This document shows, one piece after another, positions 33,899-41,816 of a stretch of DNA of 41,816 nt. The notes below the pieces were generated by a model. The model saw only the letters and a list, made by a program, of their open reading frames with translations, was not told the origin of the DNA and made no database searches. Numbering within the stretch: position 1 is the stretch's first letter; the number at the start of each line of letters is the position of its first letter. Source of the stretch: Candidatus Woesearchaeota archaeon (lineage in GTDB: Archaea; Nanobdellota; Nanobdellia; CAZCWL01; CAZQAZ01); NCBI GenBank assembly GCA_964591855.1, contig CAZQAZ010000004.1, forward strand, positions 1-41,816. Direction: 5' to 3'. The position numbers and the translations under genes were made by a program.

Positions 33899-34477
33899 TT
33901 ACATTAAAGTTATTAATAACTTTCCATGTTCGAACTTTGTATCAACAATGTTTGAATTTGGTGGGAGTCTTATTATCTTAAAGTAAGTTTTGTCTTTTGT
34001 AAACGCTCTTAACTCAATTGATTCCTCTAACTCATTAAGCATTATGTCTTCCATTCTTTTTATGTCTGGAAGTAAAACCTCTATGTAAATTCTTCCAGCT
34101 CTTCTTTTTATTGACGTGACCGGCTCAACAACGTTCTTTGAAACCTTTGTGAGTCTTTTTATCTTAGTTTGTTTGGATTTAATTTCTTTGGGCTTAGGCT
34201 CCTTAACTTCTGGCTTGTGTGGGACTTGCACTTTTGGAGTTATGATCTTAAAACGTATTGTTGTTGGTCTCATTGGAACTTCTTTCTCTATGCTTTCAAT
34301 TTCCTTCTCCATTTCCTTGCTGAAGGACGGCCATATCTTTCTCTCCATGTCTCTTATCATCTTATCCATCTGCTCGAAAAAGTTAGTTAGCGGGTTACCT
34401 TTAGTTATTTTCTCACCACAGTATGGGCAGTAAACAAAGTCTGGTTTAAGCTCTCTGCCACAATATTTACACTTCAT
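33899..34477 (-). CDS. Zinc-ribbon protein with a C-terminal Hsp20/alpha-crystallin-like domain
   Basis: N-terminal CKYCG...CPYCG, then a charged K/E/P linker. The C-terminal ~75 aa (RIYIEVLLPDIKRMEDIMLNELEESIELRAF...YFKIIRLPPNSNIVDTKFEHGKLLITL) follow the ACD pattern. Confidence 0.6.
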   Translation of the reverse strand: MKCKYCGRELKPDFVYCPYCGEKITKGNPLTNFFEQMDKMIRDMERKIWPSFSKEMEKEIESIEKEVPMRPTTIRFKIITPKVQVPHKPEVKEPKPKEIKSKQTKIKRLTKVSKNVVEPVTSIKRRAGRIYIEVLLPDIKRMEDIMLNELEESIELRAFTKDKTYFKIIRLPPNSNIVDTKFEHGKLLITLM

Positions 34478-34501
34478 AAAACAAACTTAAAACGTGCGTA
34501 T

Positions 34502-35371
34502 TTAAACTTTATGTTTTAAGATAGAGAATGTTAAAACTCCTCCTATGTGAATTCCTACCCAATTCACAATTAGAACCTTGAAAGCTTGACACAAAGCTTG
34601 AGAATTGCCAAATGGTACTGCTAAACCTATAACCACAAGTGGCGGTAACAAAGTAACAGCTACTGCCACACCTACAAAACTTAGTACTTGTTCTGAGCTA
34701 AATGCAAAGGCTGAGGTAATTCCTATAACCACAGCCAAAAGGAAATACACTAACATATTGTTGCTGAATAAAATAAGGGTTGGAGTTGAGATTGTGCTAA
34801 ATAAGAATCCTATGAACAAAGCTACACCTATAGCAAGTGCTATCTCAATTAATTGTGATCTTAAGGAATTAGCAACTACTTTACTTTCCTTGTTTGAAAA
34901 GCCAAAGGAAGCGGATATCATAGGATTCATTATTGGTGCTATCAACATAGCTCCAATAACTATGTAAAAGTTGTTTATTAACATTCCTAGTGAAGCAATG
35001 ATTGTTGCTAGGATTAGAAAAGATAACTCTACCTTATCAAGCTTTGAGTAGTCTCTTATTGTTTCCTTTATTTTATTTTCGGGTGCCACTACTGCCTTTT
35101 TCTCAGTTATAACTGGAGCAGCTATAGAAACTCCCTCCACAAGTATCATACCTTCGCTAAGAGACTTTCCTATGTCTAAACTTTTCCTCAATTGCTCTAG
35201 AGTTGAGTTAACATTAGAATCAGTAACAAGTAAAACAATCTCTGAGAACTGCTTTCCTGTATTCAAGTCCTTAACTTTAGTAACAGTTACTTCTCTTATA
35301 CCAATTTTCTTTATGAGTTTCAAAGCAGCCTTTTCTTTTTGTTTTGGTATTCTCAAAGTGATTTTCTTCAT
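34502..35371 (-). CDS. DUF389-family membrane protein
   Basis: LILATIIASLGMLINNFYIVIGAMLIAPIMNPMISASFG matches the DUF389/TIGR00341 core. The start is set at the internal ATG (MKKITLRIP), which has an A/T box about 21 nt upstream. The upstream part of the track ORF looks non-coding. Confidence 0.7.
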   Translation of the reverse strand: MKKITLRIPKQKEKAALKLIKKIGIREVTVTKVKDLNTGKQFSEIVLLVTDSNVNSTLEQLRKSLDIGKSLSEGMILVEGVSIAAPVITEKKAVVAPENKIKETIRDYSKLDKVELSFLILATIIASLGMLINNFYIVIGAMLIAPIMNPMISASFGFSNKESKVVANSLRSQLIEIALAIGVALFIGFLFSTISTPTLILFSNNMLVYFLLAVVIGITSAFAFSSEQVLSFVGVAVAVTLLPPLVVIGLAVPFGNSQALCQAFKVLIVNWVGIHIGGVLTFSILKHKV

Positions 35372-35402
35372 AAATGTTGAAGGAGCTTGGAATTTAAAAA
35401 TG

Positions 35403-35410
35403 TTTATAAA
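35403..35410. promoter_or_regulatory. Palindromic TATA box (TTTATAAA) in a divergent intergenic region
   Basis: It lies 22 nt upstream of the plus-strand ATG at 35433 and 31 nt from the minus-strand ATG at 35371. A second box, TTTTTAAA on the minus strand, lies at 35393-35400. Confidence 0.4.
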
Positions 35411-35432
35411 ACTTGGGTGGAGTTTTTGTTTT

Positions 35433-36227
35433 ATGGAGCCGGATGGAACAAAGATATTGGCAAAGACTAGAGGAAGCAATATGTTTGTTAAGTGGTTACT
35501 TGACCAAGGATTAGAAGAGAAAGCAAGTATGTTCAACGAATTAAGAGGAAGTTCACCCGGAGCGGAGCTTTATGATAAGACTGAAAATGAATTCTATTCT
35601 CTGTCTGAATTTAAATGCATAAAGTGTAAGTCTAATAACCTAAGATTAGATTACAAAATTGAAGTTGATGAGGAAGGGAGAGAGTATATAGGAGCATGTG
35701 CTATCTTCTGTAAAGATTGTCATGCAAGGTTTAGGGCCAAAGACATAGATGAGAAACTTGACTTTGGATTGATTGGAAGTAACGATAGGGGAAGGTATAC
35801 AATAGACTTTTACTTACTTGCGTCACATCAAAAGCTGTACCAAACAAGAAACTTCTACTTTGGTATGCTATCTTCTAACGAATATCTCCCTTTGGAGTAT
35901 TTACATAAAGAAGGACTTCTAGATAAGAAAGACTTTGGAAGCTTCTCTGGTGGAAATTGGAGTTATGCTTACGTTCTAACTAAGAAGGGTGAAAAGAAAA
36001 GAGACGAGGTAGTTAGATCCTACCTTGAGAGGGGTTTTGGCTTTGAGTTAGCAATGTACTTAGGTCAGAGATGGGAAATGGTAAGAAAACTTGCGAAGGA
36101 GATAAGCTTTGAGGTTAGAAGGATAACAGAAAAAGAAGAGAAGGAGTTTAGGTCAAAAGTACTTCACTTGCCAGAGAGAAGCCTTGAACAGGTGTTAAGA
36201 GAAGACCAAGAAGAACTTCCCCTCTAA
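35433..36227 (+). CDS. Hypothetical zinc-ribbon protein
   Basis: The start is set at MEPDG, at leaderless spacing. The earlier part of the track ORF is antisense to the DUF389 gene. It carries CIKC...CKDC, and no family was recognised. Confidence 0.5.
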   Translation: MEPDGTKILAKTRGSNMFVKWLLDQGLEEKASMFNELRGSSPGAELYDKTENEFYSLSEFKCIKCKSNNLRLDYKIEVDEEGREYIGACAIFCKDCHARFRAKDIDEKLDFGLIGSNDRGRYTIDFYLLASHQKLYQTRNFYFGMLSSNEYLPLEYLHKEGLLDKKDFGSFSGGNWSYAYVLTKKGEKKRDEVVRSYLERGFGFELAMYLGQRWEMVRKLAKEISFEVRRITEKEEKEFRSKVLHLPERSLEQVLREDQEELPL

Positions 36228-36536
36228 TCACTCAACAAACTGGATCTCCACATTCACATCCTTTGGTATTGGGATTCTCATTATGTACTTAAGTGCCTTT
36301 TCATTTGCATCTATGTCTATCAATCTCTTGTAGATTCTAAGTTCCCAAGTTTCATATGTTTCTCTTCCTTCTCCATCTGGTGCTTTTCTAGTTGTGATCT
36401 TAAGACTCTTTCTTGGTAAAGGAACAGGACCAGAATACTTAACCTTCATCTGATTAGCTATGTCTATTATTTGATTGCACATTTCATTTAATAACTTCTG
36501 ATCTGTGGATGCTAATTTTATTCTTGCTTTCGCCAT
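36228..36536 (-). CDS. rps10: Ribosomal protein uS10
   Basis: ARIKLASTDQKLLNEMCNQI...GPVPLPRKSLKITTRKAPDGEG...ELRIYKRLIDI signature. Confidence 0.95.
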   Translation of the reverse strand: MAKARIKLASTDQKLLNEMCNQIIDIANQMKVKYSGPVPLPRKSLKITTRKAPDGEGRETYETWELRIYKRLIDIDANEKALKYIMRIPIPKDVNVEIQFVE

Positions 36537-36560
36537 TGTAGAAATTAAGATAATTTTGGT

Positions 36561-36568
36561 TTTATAAA
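36561..36568. promoter_or_regulatory. Palindromic TATA box (TTTATAAA) upstream of rps10
   Basis: It lies 24 nt upstream of the rps10 ATG at 36536. It may also serve the divergent ORF at 36573-37133. Confidence 0.4.
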
Positions 36569-36572
36569 AGTT

Positions 36573-37133
36573 TTGCTTCGAACAAAAGTATTAAATCCTT
36601 CTTCTTGCTATAATATTAAAGTGGACAAGAGAGTACTTAAGGAATTTGGGGGACCAAAGCATGACTACAAGAAGATAGCGATTTTGGTAGTTCTCCTTCT
36701 TATAATGTGCTTTGTGGTTTTTAATCTTGATCTATCAAGATTTGGGGAGAAAGAAGAGAGAAAGTATGAGATGAGACTAAGCTTCAAAGTTAAAGGTATA
36801 GGGAATTCTACCGCTATTGAGTACACATACGATGCTGGAGAGTGTTCACTATACTACATAAGATACGAGTTTAATAGTAGTGAGGAGGCTGGAGCTGAGA
36901 TCAATAATAAAGAGCTGTATGGTGCTGGATTTCTAGAGTCAAGGAAGTACAACGTACTTCCTTGGGCAAATTACTCTAGGCTTGACACATACTACAAAAC
37001 ATACTCAGATTATGTAAATAAGACTAACTTATGGACCAGACTTGTCTATTGGAAAGATAATAGGATATACAATATGGAAACCAACTGTAAAGAAGACCTA
37101 ACTAAAGTAGCTTATGAACTAACACAAGATTAA
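36573..37133 (+). CDS. Hypothetical membrane-anchored or secreted protein with an uncertain start
   Basis: 186-aa ORF with one N-terminal TM (IAILVVLLLIMCFVVF) and four N-x-S/T sequons. There is no ATG before the TM, so the candidate starts are TTG at 36573 or GTG at 36621. Confidence 0.45.
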   Translation: MLRTKVLNPSSCYNIKVDKRVLKEFGGPKHDYKKIAILVVLLLIMCFVVFNLDLSRFGEKEERKYEMRLSFKVKGIGNSTAIEYTYDAGECSLYYIRYEFNSSEEAGAEINNKELYGAGFLESRKYNVLPWANYSRLDTYYKTYSDYVNKTNLWTRLVYWKDNRIYNMETNCKEDLTKVAYELTQD

Positions 37134-37167
37134 AAACAAATTAATCAAGAAATAAAAGAAAAAGGCT

Positions 37168-38433
37168 TTATGCCTTCTTTGTTATGTCTATTACTACACC
37201 AGCTCCTACCGTAAGACCCATGTCTCTTAATACGAAGGAACTAAGTTGTGGTATTTCATCCTTCTTCTCAAGTACTATTGGCTTCAATGGCTCCATTTTC
37301 ACTATTGCTGCATCTCCAACTTTCAATACGTCTTTACCTTCTGTAACTTCTGCTCCTGTCTTTGGATCCATCTTCTTTATGATCTCTTTTATCTTACATG
37401 GAACCTGTGCTGTGTGTGCGTGTAGCACTGGTGTGTAACCCACAGTAACAGATGTTGGGTGGTTCAATATTATAATCTGTGCTGTGAACTCCTTTGCAAC
37501 TGTTGGTGGGTTGTCTACCTTACCCATAACGTCTCCTCTTCTTATCTGCTTCTTCTCTACACCTCTAACGTTGAAACCAATGTTGTCTCCTGGTCTTGCT
37601 TCTGGTATTGACTCATGGTGCATTTCTATGGACTTAATTTCTCCCTGTACATTTGATGGCTGGAATACTACCTTGTCTCCAACCTTCAATAATCCTGTCT
37701 CTACTCTTCCAACAGGTACTGTACCTACTCCTGTAATTGAGTAGACATCTTGTATCGGTACTCTTAATGGCAAGTCAACTGGTTGCTCTGGTGGTTCCAA
37801 TTGATTCAATGCTTCCAACAATGTTGGACCATTGTACCATGGCATGTTCTCAGACTTCTTTGTTACGTTGTCTCCTTTATATGCTGATATTGGGATTATT
37901 GGTACCTTTTCTGGATTGTAACCTACAAGCTGCATTAACTTCTTTAACTCCTCAGCTCTTTCCTTGTACTTTGCTTCGTCGTAGTTTACAGTATCCATTT
38001 TGTTCAAAGCTATAATCATTTGCTTAACTCCAAGCACTTTAGATAAATATGCGTGCTCCTTTGTCTGTGGCATTATTCCTTCTCCTACTGCAACTACTAA
38101 GACTCCTGCATCTGCTTGGGATGCACCTGTAATCATGTTTTTAATGAAGTCCTTGTGACCAGGTGCATCTATAATCGTAAATGAGTATTTATCTGTCTCG
38201 AACTTTCTATGAGCTAAGTCTATAGTTAAACCTCTCTTTCTTTCTTCCTTTGTAGCGTCTAATGCATAAGCAAACTCGAAAGTTGCTTTACCTAATTCCT
38301 CTGCCTCTTTTCTATACTTCTCCAAAGTCTGTTCGGATAAGTTTCCAGTCTCATACAAAAGTCTACCAACTGTTGTTGACTTACCGTGGTCTACGTGACC
38401 TACGAATACCAAGTTTATGTGTGGTTTTGCCAT
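37168..38433 (-). CDS. tuf: Translation elongation factor EF-1 alpha (aEF1A)
   Basis: [14 protein letters not shown] and NKMD GTPase motifs. The ATG at 38433 follows GAGGTGAG, and the track start is GTG. Confidence 0.96.
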   Translation of the reverse strand: MAKPHINLVFVGHVDHGKSTTVGRLLYETGNLSEQTLEKYRKEAEELGKATFEFAYALDATKEERKRGLTIDLAHRKFETDKYSFTIIDAPGHKDFIKNMITGASQADAGVLVVAVGEGIMPQTKEHAYLSKVLGVKQMIIALNKMDTVNYDEAKYKERAEELKKLMQLVGYNPEKVPIIPISAYKGDNVTKKSENMPWYNGPTLLEALNQLEPPEQPVDLPLRVPIQDVYSITGVGTVPVGRVETGLLKVGDKVVFQPSNVQGEIKSIEMHHESIPEARPGDNIGFNVRGVEKKQIRRGDVMGKVDNPPTVAKEFTAQIIILNHPTSVTVGYTPVLHAHTAQVPCKIKEIIKKMDPKTGAEVTEGKDVLKVGDAAIVKMEPLKPIVLEKKDEIPQLSSFVLRDMGLTVGAGVVIDITKKA

Positions 38434-38460
38434 ATCTCCTCTCACCTCAATCTAATTTTA

Positions 38461-40650
38461 TCATGCTATACGAGCATTAGGGTCTATTCCTTTTCTCTCT
38501 CTTATCCTTTTTATAGTTTCCGCTTCTAACTCCTTAGGGATTCTTTCAAATGTTGAGTCTACTAAGAACCATACGGCTCTTCCTTCCGAAACGCTTCTTA
38601 AATCACCTGTTATCCCAAACATGTTTGCAACAGGTACCTTAGCAAGTATGATTGTATTTCCTCCTTCCTGTTGTACATCTAATAGTTGACCTCTTCTGTT
38701 TGTTATAAGCTTTGTAACATTACCCATGTACTCCTCAGGTGTATCTATTCTTATTGTCTGTACTGGTTCAAGCAAGGTTGGCTTAGCTTGTAAGAAAGCC
38801 TCTCTGAGAGCTTCTCTAACTGCAGGTATTATCTGTGCAGGACCTCTGTGTATTGCGTCCTCATGAAGCTTAGCATCGTGTATAACGAACTTCGTTCTTG
38901 CTATAGGCTCCTTAGCAAGAGGTCCAGCATCCATATTGTCTCTAAAGGCTTGAAGCATGTACTCCATAATCTCTCCTAAGTGTATTATACCTCTCGTGTT
39001 GTCTATGAATAAGTTCGAGTTGTGTACACCTTTTATCCTCTTAGCCTCATCTCTGCTCATTCCATACTTCATGAATTTCTGTATCACTTCCTCGTCCTTC
39101 TTCTTTATCTTCTCCACTGAAATCTCTCCAGACTCAAGTGCTTTGTATATTGGTTCCTCTAGTGGCTCTATTGTAAAGTAAAGCTTGTTGTGTTTGTTTG
39201 GAGATTTACCTTCAACGATTGGAGACTTGGCTGTGACTGTCTCTCTATACACAACAATAGGAGGAGAAGTAACAATGTCCAATCCCATTTCTCTCTTTAA
39301 TTTGTCTTCGATTATTTCTAGGTGAAGTTCACCCATACCTGAAACAAGATTCTGACCTGTTTCTCTATTGATCTTAACATGAACTGTTGGGTCCTCCTTA
39401 TGAATAGCTCTCAAAGCATCTATAAGCTTTGGTAAGTCTTTTGGAGATTTGGCCTCAAATGCTTTTGTAACTACAGGTTCGAACAAGTGCTTTAATTCTT
39501 CAAAAGGTGCCACATCTGGTAACTCTGAAACTGTGTCTCCAGAAGACACATCTCTTAAACCAACCACACCTCCAAGATTACCAACAGGTAACTCATCTAT
39601 TGGAAATCTTTGGTCACCTTTGAAAACATAAAGTTGTTGCACTTTTGTCTTGATGTTCTTACCTATTAAGTAAACTTCTTGTCCTTTCTTTAAAGTTCCT
39701 GAGAAGGTTCTAATAAGTGCTATCTCACCAGCTTGTGGATCAACTGTTACTTTTGACACACAAGCAACTAGTGGACCCTTTGGATCACATTCCAACAAAT
39801 GCTTTCCAATTTCTGAATTCACATCTCCATTCCATATCCTAGGTATTCTATACTTCTGAGCTTCCTTAGGTGAAGGCAAGTGATTTATTATCATGTCCAA
39901 AAGAACTTTGTGAAGAGGTGCTTTCTGCTGTAGCTCTTTTATTCCCTCTTCTCCTTTTGCATAAAAGTCAAGTACGTCCTTGAAAGATAAACCAGTTTCC
40001 TTCATGAATGGAAAAGACATTGCCCATTTCTCTAAACCACTACCAAAGGCTACAGATCCTTCTTGAACATTAACAAGCCAATTCTTAACTTCTTCCTCTG
40101 GAGCTAACTTTCTAATTAGCTCATTTACTTGATATATTATCTTCATTAACTGCTCTTGCATTTTCTCGGGTGTAAGTTTAATTTCTGAGATAAGCCTATC
40201 AACCTTATTAATAAATAAGACAGGCTTTACTTTCTCCTTCAAAGCTTGTCTTAACACAGTTTCTGTTTGTGGCATTACTCCCTCAACTGCATCACATATC
40301 ACTACAGCCCCATCTATCACTCTCATAGCCCTTGTAACATGACCTCCAAAATCAACATGGCCTGGTGTGTCTATAAGATTAATAAGATACTCCTCACCTT
40401 TGTACTCGTGGACCATGTTCACGTCTGCATTTTGAACAGTAATACCTCTCTCCTGCTCAACTTCTAAGAAGTCAGTAGCACATGCCTTACCTGCTACCTC
40501 AAATGAAAGCATACCTGCACCAGCAAGTAAGGAGTCAGTAGTTGTGGTCTTACCATGGTCTACGTGTGCAACTATCCCTATGTTTCTTATTTTGTCAGTT
40601 TGGTACATCAATCTTTTAATTTTGTCGATCATTGATTCTTTCTTTGCCAT
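38461..40650 (-). CDS. fusA: Translation elongation factor EF-2 (aEF2)
   Basis: AHVDHGKTT, DTPGH and NKVD motifs, and the diphthamide loop HEDAIHRGPAQIIP. Confidence 0.96.
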   Translation of the reverse strand: MAKKESMIDKIKRLMYQTDKIRNIGIVAHVDHGKTTTTDSLLAGAGMLSFEVAGKACATDFLEVEQERGITVQNADVNMVHEYKGEEYLINLIDTPGHVDFGGHVTRAMRVIDGAVVICDAVEGVMPQTETVLRQALKEKVKPVLFINKVDRLISEIKLTPEKMQEQLMKIIYQVNELIRKLAPEEEVKNWLVNVQEGSVAFGSGLEKWAMSFPFMKETGLSFKDVLDFYAKGEEGIKELQQKAPLHKVLLDMIINHLPSPKEAQKYRIPRIWNGDVNSEIGKHLLECDPKGPLVACVSKVTVDPQAGEIALIRTFSGTLKKGQEVYLIGKNIKTKVQQLYVFKGDQRFPIDELPVGNLGGVVGLRDVSSGDTVSELPDVAPFEELKHLFEPVVTKAFEAKSPKDLPKLIDALRAIHKEDPTVHVKINRETGQNLVSGMGELHLEIIEDKLKREMGLDIVTSPPIVVYRETVTAKSPIVEGKSPNKHNKLYFTIEPLEEPIYKALESGEISVEKIKKKDEEVIQKFMKYGMSRDEAKRIKGVHNSNLFIDNTRGIIHLGEIMEYMLQAFRDNMDAGPLAKEPIARTKFVIHDAKLHEDAIHRGPAQIIPAVREALREAFLQAKPTLLEPVQTIRIDTPEEYMGNVTKLITNRRGQLLDVQQEGGNTIILAKVPVANMFGITGDLRSVSEGRAVWFLVDSTFERIPKELEAETIKRIRERKGIDPNARIA

Positions 40651-40654
40651 AGAA

Positions 40655-41245
40655 TCACCTTGAAGATTGAGCTTGTGCTTCTGCTTCTTGTTTCTTGCTT
40701 ACGGCATAAGACTTTGAGTCTCCATTAGCCGTAGCAATTATTTGTTCGGCTAAAGCAGAAGCCATAGAAACCTTTTTGTTTATAGATGATAAGTATGCTC
40801 CTTGGACTAACCATCTCAAAGCAAGATCAACTCTCCTTTGTGGGGATGTATCTACTTGCTTTAAAACTCTTCTTCCACCAAGACCTATTGTCGTAACTTC
40901 TTCCCTAGGAGATCCATTCTCAATAGCTTCAACTAATACTTGCACAGGATTCTTTCCTGTCTTATTTTTAACTATCTTAAATGCCTCTTTGACAATCTTG
41001 TAAACTGTAGCGAATTTTCCATTTGCAACATCGGATGTGAAATAGTGCTTCTTACCTTTGTGACCAGGAACCATCAAGTGCGTTATTAATCTCTCAACTA
41101 TATTCACCTTTGACTTACCAAAAGGTTTCTTTGCGAGTCTACCGTACGTGTGTGGAACCATAATAGGCTTAAGAGAAATATATCTAACCAAACCTGGATC
41201 ATTAACCTTAACTTCTGACAAATCGTATTCGTTGAAGAGTTTCAT
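40655..41245 (-). CDS. rps7: Ribosomal protein uS7
   Basis: 196 aa with the S7/S5e pattern. The S12-S7-EF2 order is conserved. Confidence 0.93.
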   Translation of the reverse strand: MKLFNEYDLSEVKVNDPGLVRYISLKPIMVPHTYGRLAKKPFGKSKVNIVERLITHLMVPGHKGKKHYFTSDVANGKFATVYKIVKEAFKIVKNKTGKNPVQVLVEAIENGSPREEVTTIGLGGRRVLKQVDTSPQRRVDLALRWLVQGAYLSSINKKVSMASALAEQIIATANGDSKSYAVSKKQEAEAQAQSSR

Positions 41246-41679
41246 CTTGCAGGCTTCTCCTTCTTACCTTTTACTATTTGTTGCAATGAAACACCATTAA
41301 CTTTTATGACTCTAAACTTAACACCAGGTAAGTCTCCCCTAGCTCCTCTTTGTGCTCCACCAATTCTCTCTATTATAACTTCATTGTGCTCATCAACTAT
41401 TTTCATTGCATTAACCCCTGGAAGGTAAGCCGTAACAACCTTACCATTCTTAACCAATTGAACTCTAACACACTTTCTTAAAGCAGAGTTTGGTTTCTTT
41501 GGCTCTCTGTTAACCTTCTCAAGTACTATACCTCTTGCCTGTGGAGCACCTTCGAGAGGATCGTACTTCTTCCAAGTACCTAAAAGCTTAGACTTGTAAC
41601 CTTTTTTATTGTACTTAAATCTCTTCCTAAGCTTCATTAATCTCCTTGCAGCGAACAATCCTCTTGTCTTCTTTCCCAT
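41242..41679 (-). CDS. rps12: Ribosomal protein uS12
   Basis: [29 protein letters not shown] signature. GGGTGAT RBS is present, and TTTATAAA lies at 41717-41724. Confidence 0.95.
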   Translation of the reverse strand: MGKKTRGLFAARRLMKLRKRFKYNKKGYKSKLLGTWKKYDPLEGAPQARGIVLEKVNREPKKPNSALRKCVRVQLVKNGKVVTAYLPGVNAMKIVDEHNEVIIERIGGAQRGARGDLPGVKFRVIKVNGVSLQQIVKGKKEKPAR

Positions 41680-41754
41680 CTAATCACCCAAGTATTAAGT
41701 TTAACGAAATGAGACATTTATAAAGCTTACGCCTAACTAAAAGAATTAGTTGAC

Positions 41755-41816
41755 TCAACTTACCACTAAATCATCTATGTCAAAGTATCTTTGGATGAGC
41801 TTCTTGGCCTTGTTTA
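41755..41816 (-). CDS. 3' end of an unidentified upstream gene (partial, runs off the window)
   Basis: An open minus-strand frame reads ...NKAKKLIQRYFDIDDLVVS then stop (TGA at 41755-41757). Only 20 codons are visible, so no assignment is possible. Confidence 0.25.
   Translation of the reverse strand, partial: NKAKKLIQRYFDIDDLVVS

Noticed and set aside
35172-35432. The N-terminal 87 codons of the 351-aa track ORF, and the first 55 codons of the 344-aa DUF389 track ORF (35372-35536)
   Set aside because: The two extensions are mutually antisense and hydrophobic or low-complexity. They run through the TATA boxes of the divergent intergenic region. Internal ATGs at promoter-consistent spacing give sensible N-termini.
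38833-38850. The EF-2 diphthamide loop reads HRGPAQ rather than the eukaryotic HRGGGQ, a possible sign of diphthamide loss
   Set aside because: To my recollection HRGPAQ is the normal archaeal form of this loop, and the modified His is present. I see no anomaly.

Overview
AT-rich archaeal chromosomal segment with compact, frequently overlapping genes. The style suggests a small-genome, possibly DPANN-like archaeon, but that is inference only. The core (14.6-30.0 kb, minus strand) is the canonical archaeal ribosomal-protein superoperon: L3-L4-L23-L2-S19-L22-S3-L29-SUI1-Rpp29-S17-L14-L24-S4e-L5-S14-S8-L6-L32e-L19e-L18-S5-L30-L15-SecY-DUF106-L34e-Cmk-L14e-Cbf5. No adk lies between secY and the DUF106 gene. 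At the right end is the str cluster S12-S7-EF2-EF1alpha, followed by S10. At the left end is the tail of the archaeal exosome/KEOPS neighbourhood: eL43, RpoP, Pcc1, prefoldin beta, UPF0147 and SepF. Other recognisable genes are ProRS with tRNA-Pro directly upstream, ThrRS, a TRAM-less MtaB-like radical-SAM enzyme, a class III ribonucleotide reductase operon (nrdD, a separate glycyl-radical mini-ORF, nrdG), RtcB and archease, two near-identical tRNA-Ser genes, a presenilin/SPP-type intramembrane protease, DUF389 and DUF167. Three CDS shorter than the 60-aa ORF-track cutoff were found by hand: RpoP, a Trm112-like protein, and a 48-aa K/R/T-repeat protein. Several track ORFs begin at TTG or GTG and were trimmed to ATG starts preceded by GGTGA-type ribosome-binding sites. 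First genes of transcription units repeatedly have a TTTATAAA-type box 21-24 nt upstream of the start codon, which suggests leaderless transcripts. The most interesting items are listed here. (1) The NrdD glycyl-radical domain is encoded as an autonomous 54-aa ORF. (2) Tandem palindromic boxes with 31-bp spacing lie in the nrdD promoter and resemble NrdR boxes. (3) A possible operon combines a P-loop NTPase, a tail-anchored coiled-coil protein and a presenilin-like protease. (4) An unrecognisable 283-aa gene is translationally coupled inside the archease-rtcB unit. (5) A ~550-nt poorly explained region beside cbf5 holds a candidate structured RNA. (6) There is a K/R/T-repeat microprotein locus. 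No CRISPR array, transposase or integrase was seen.
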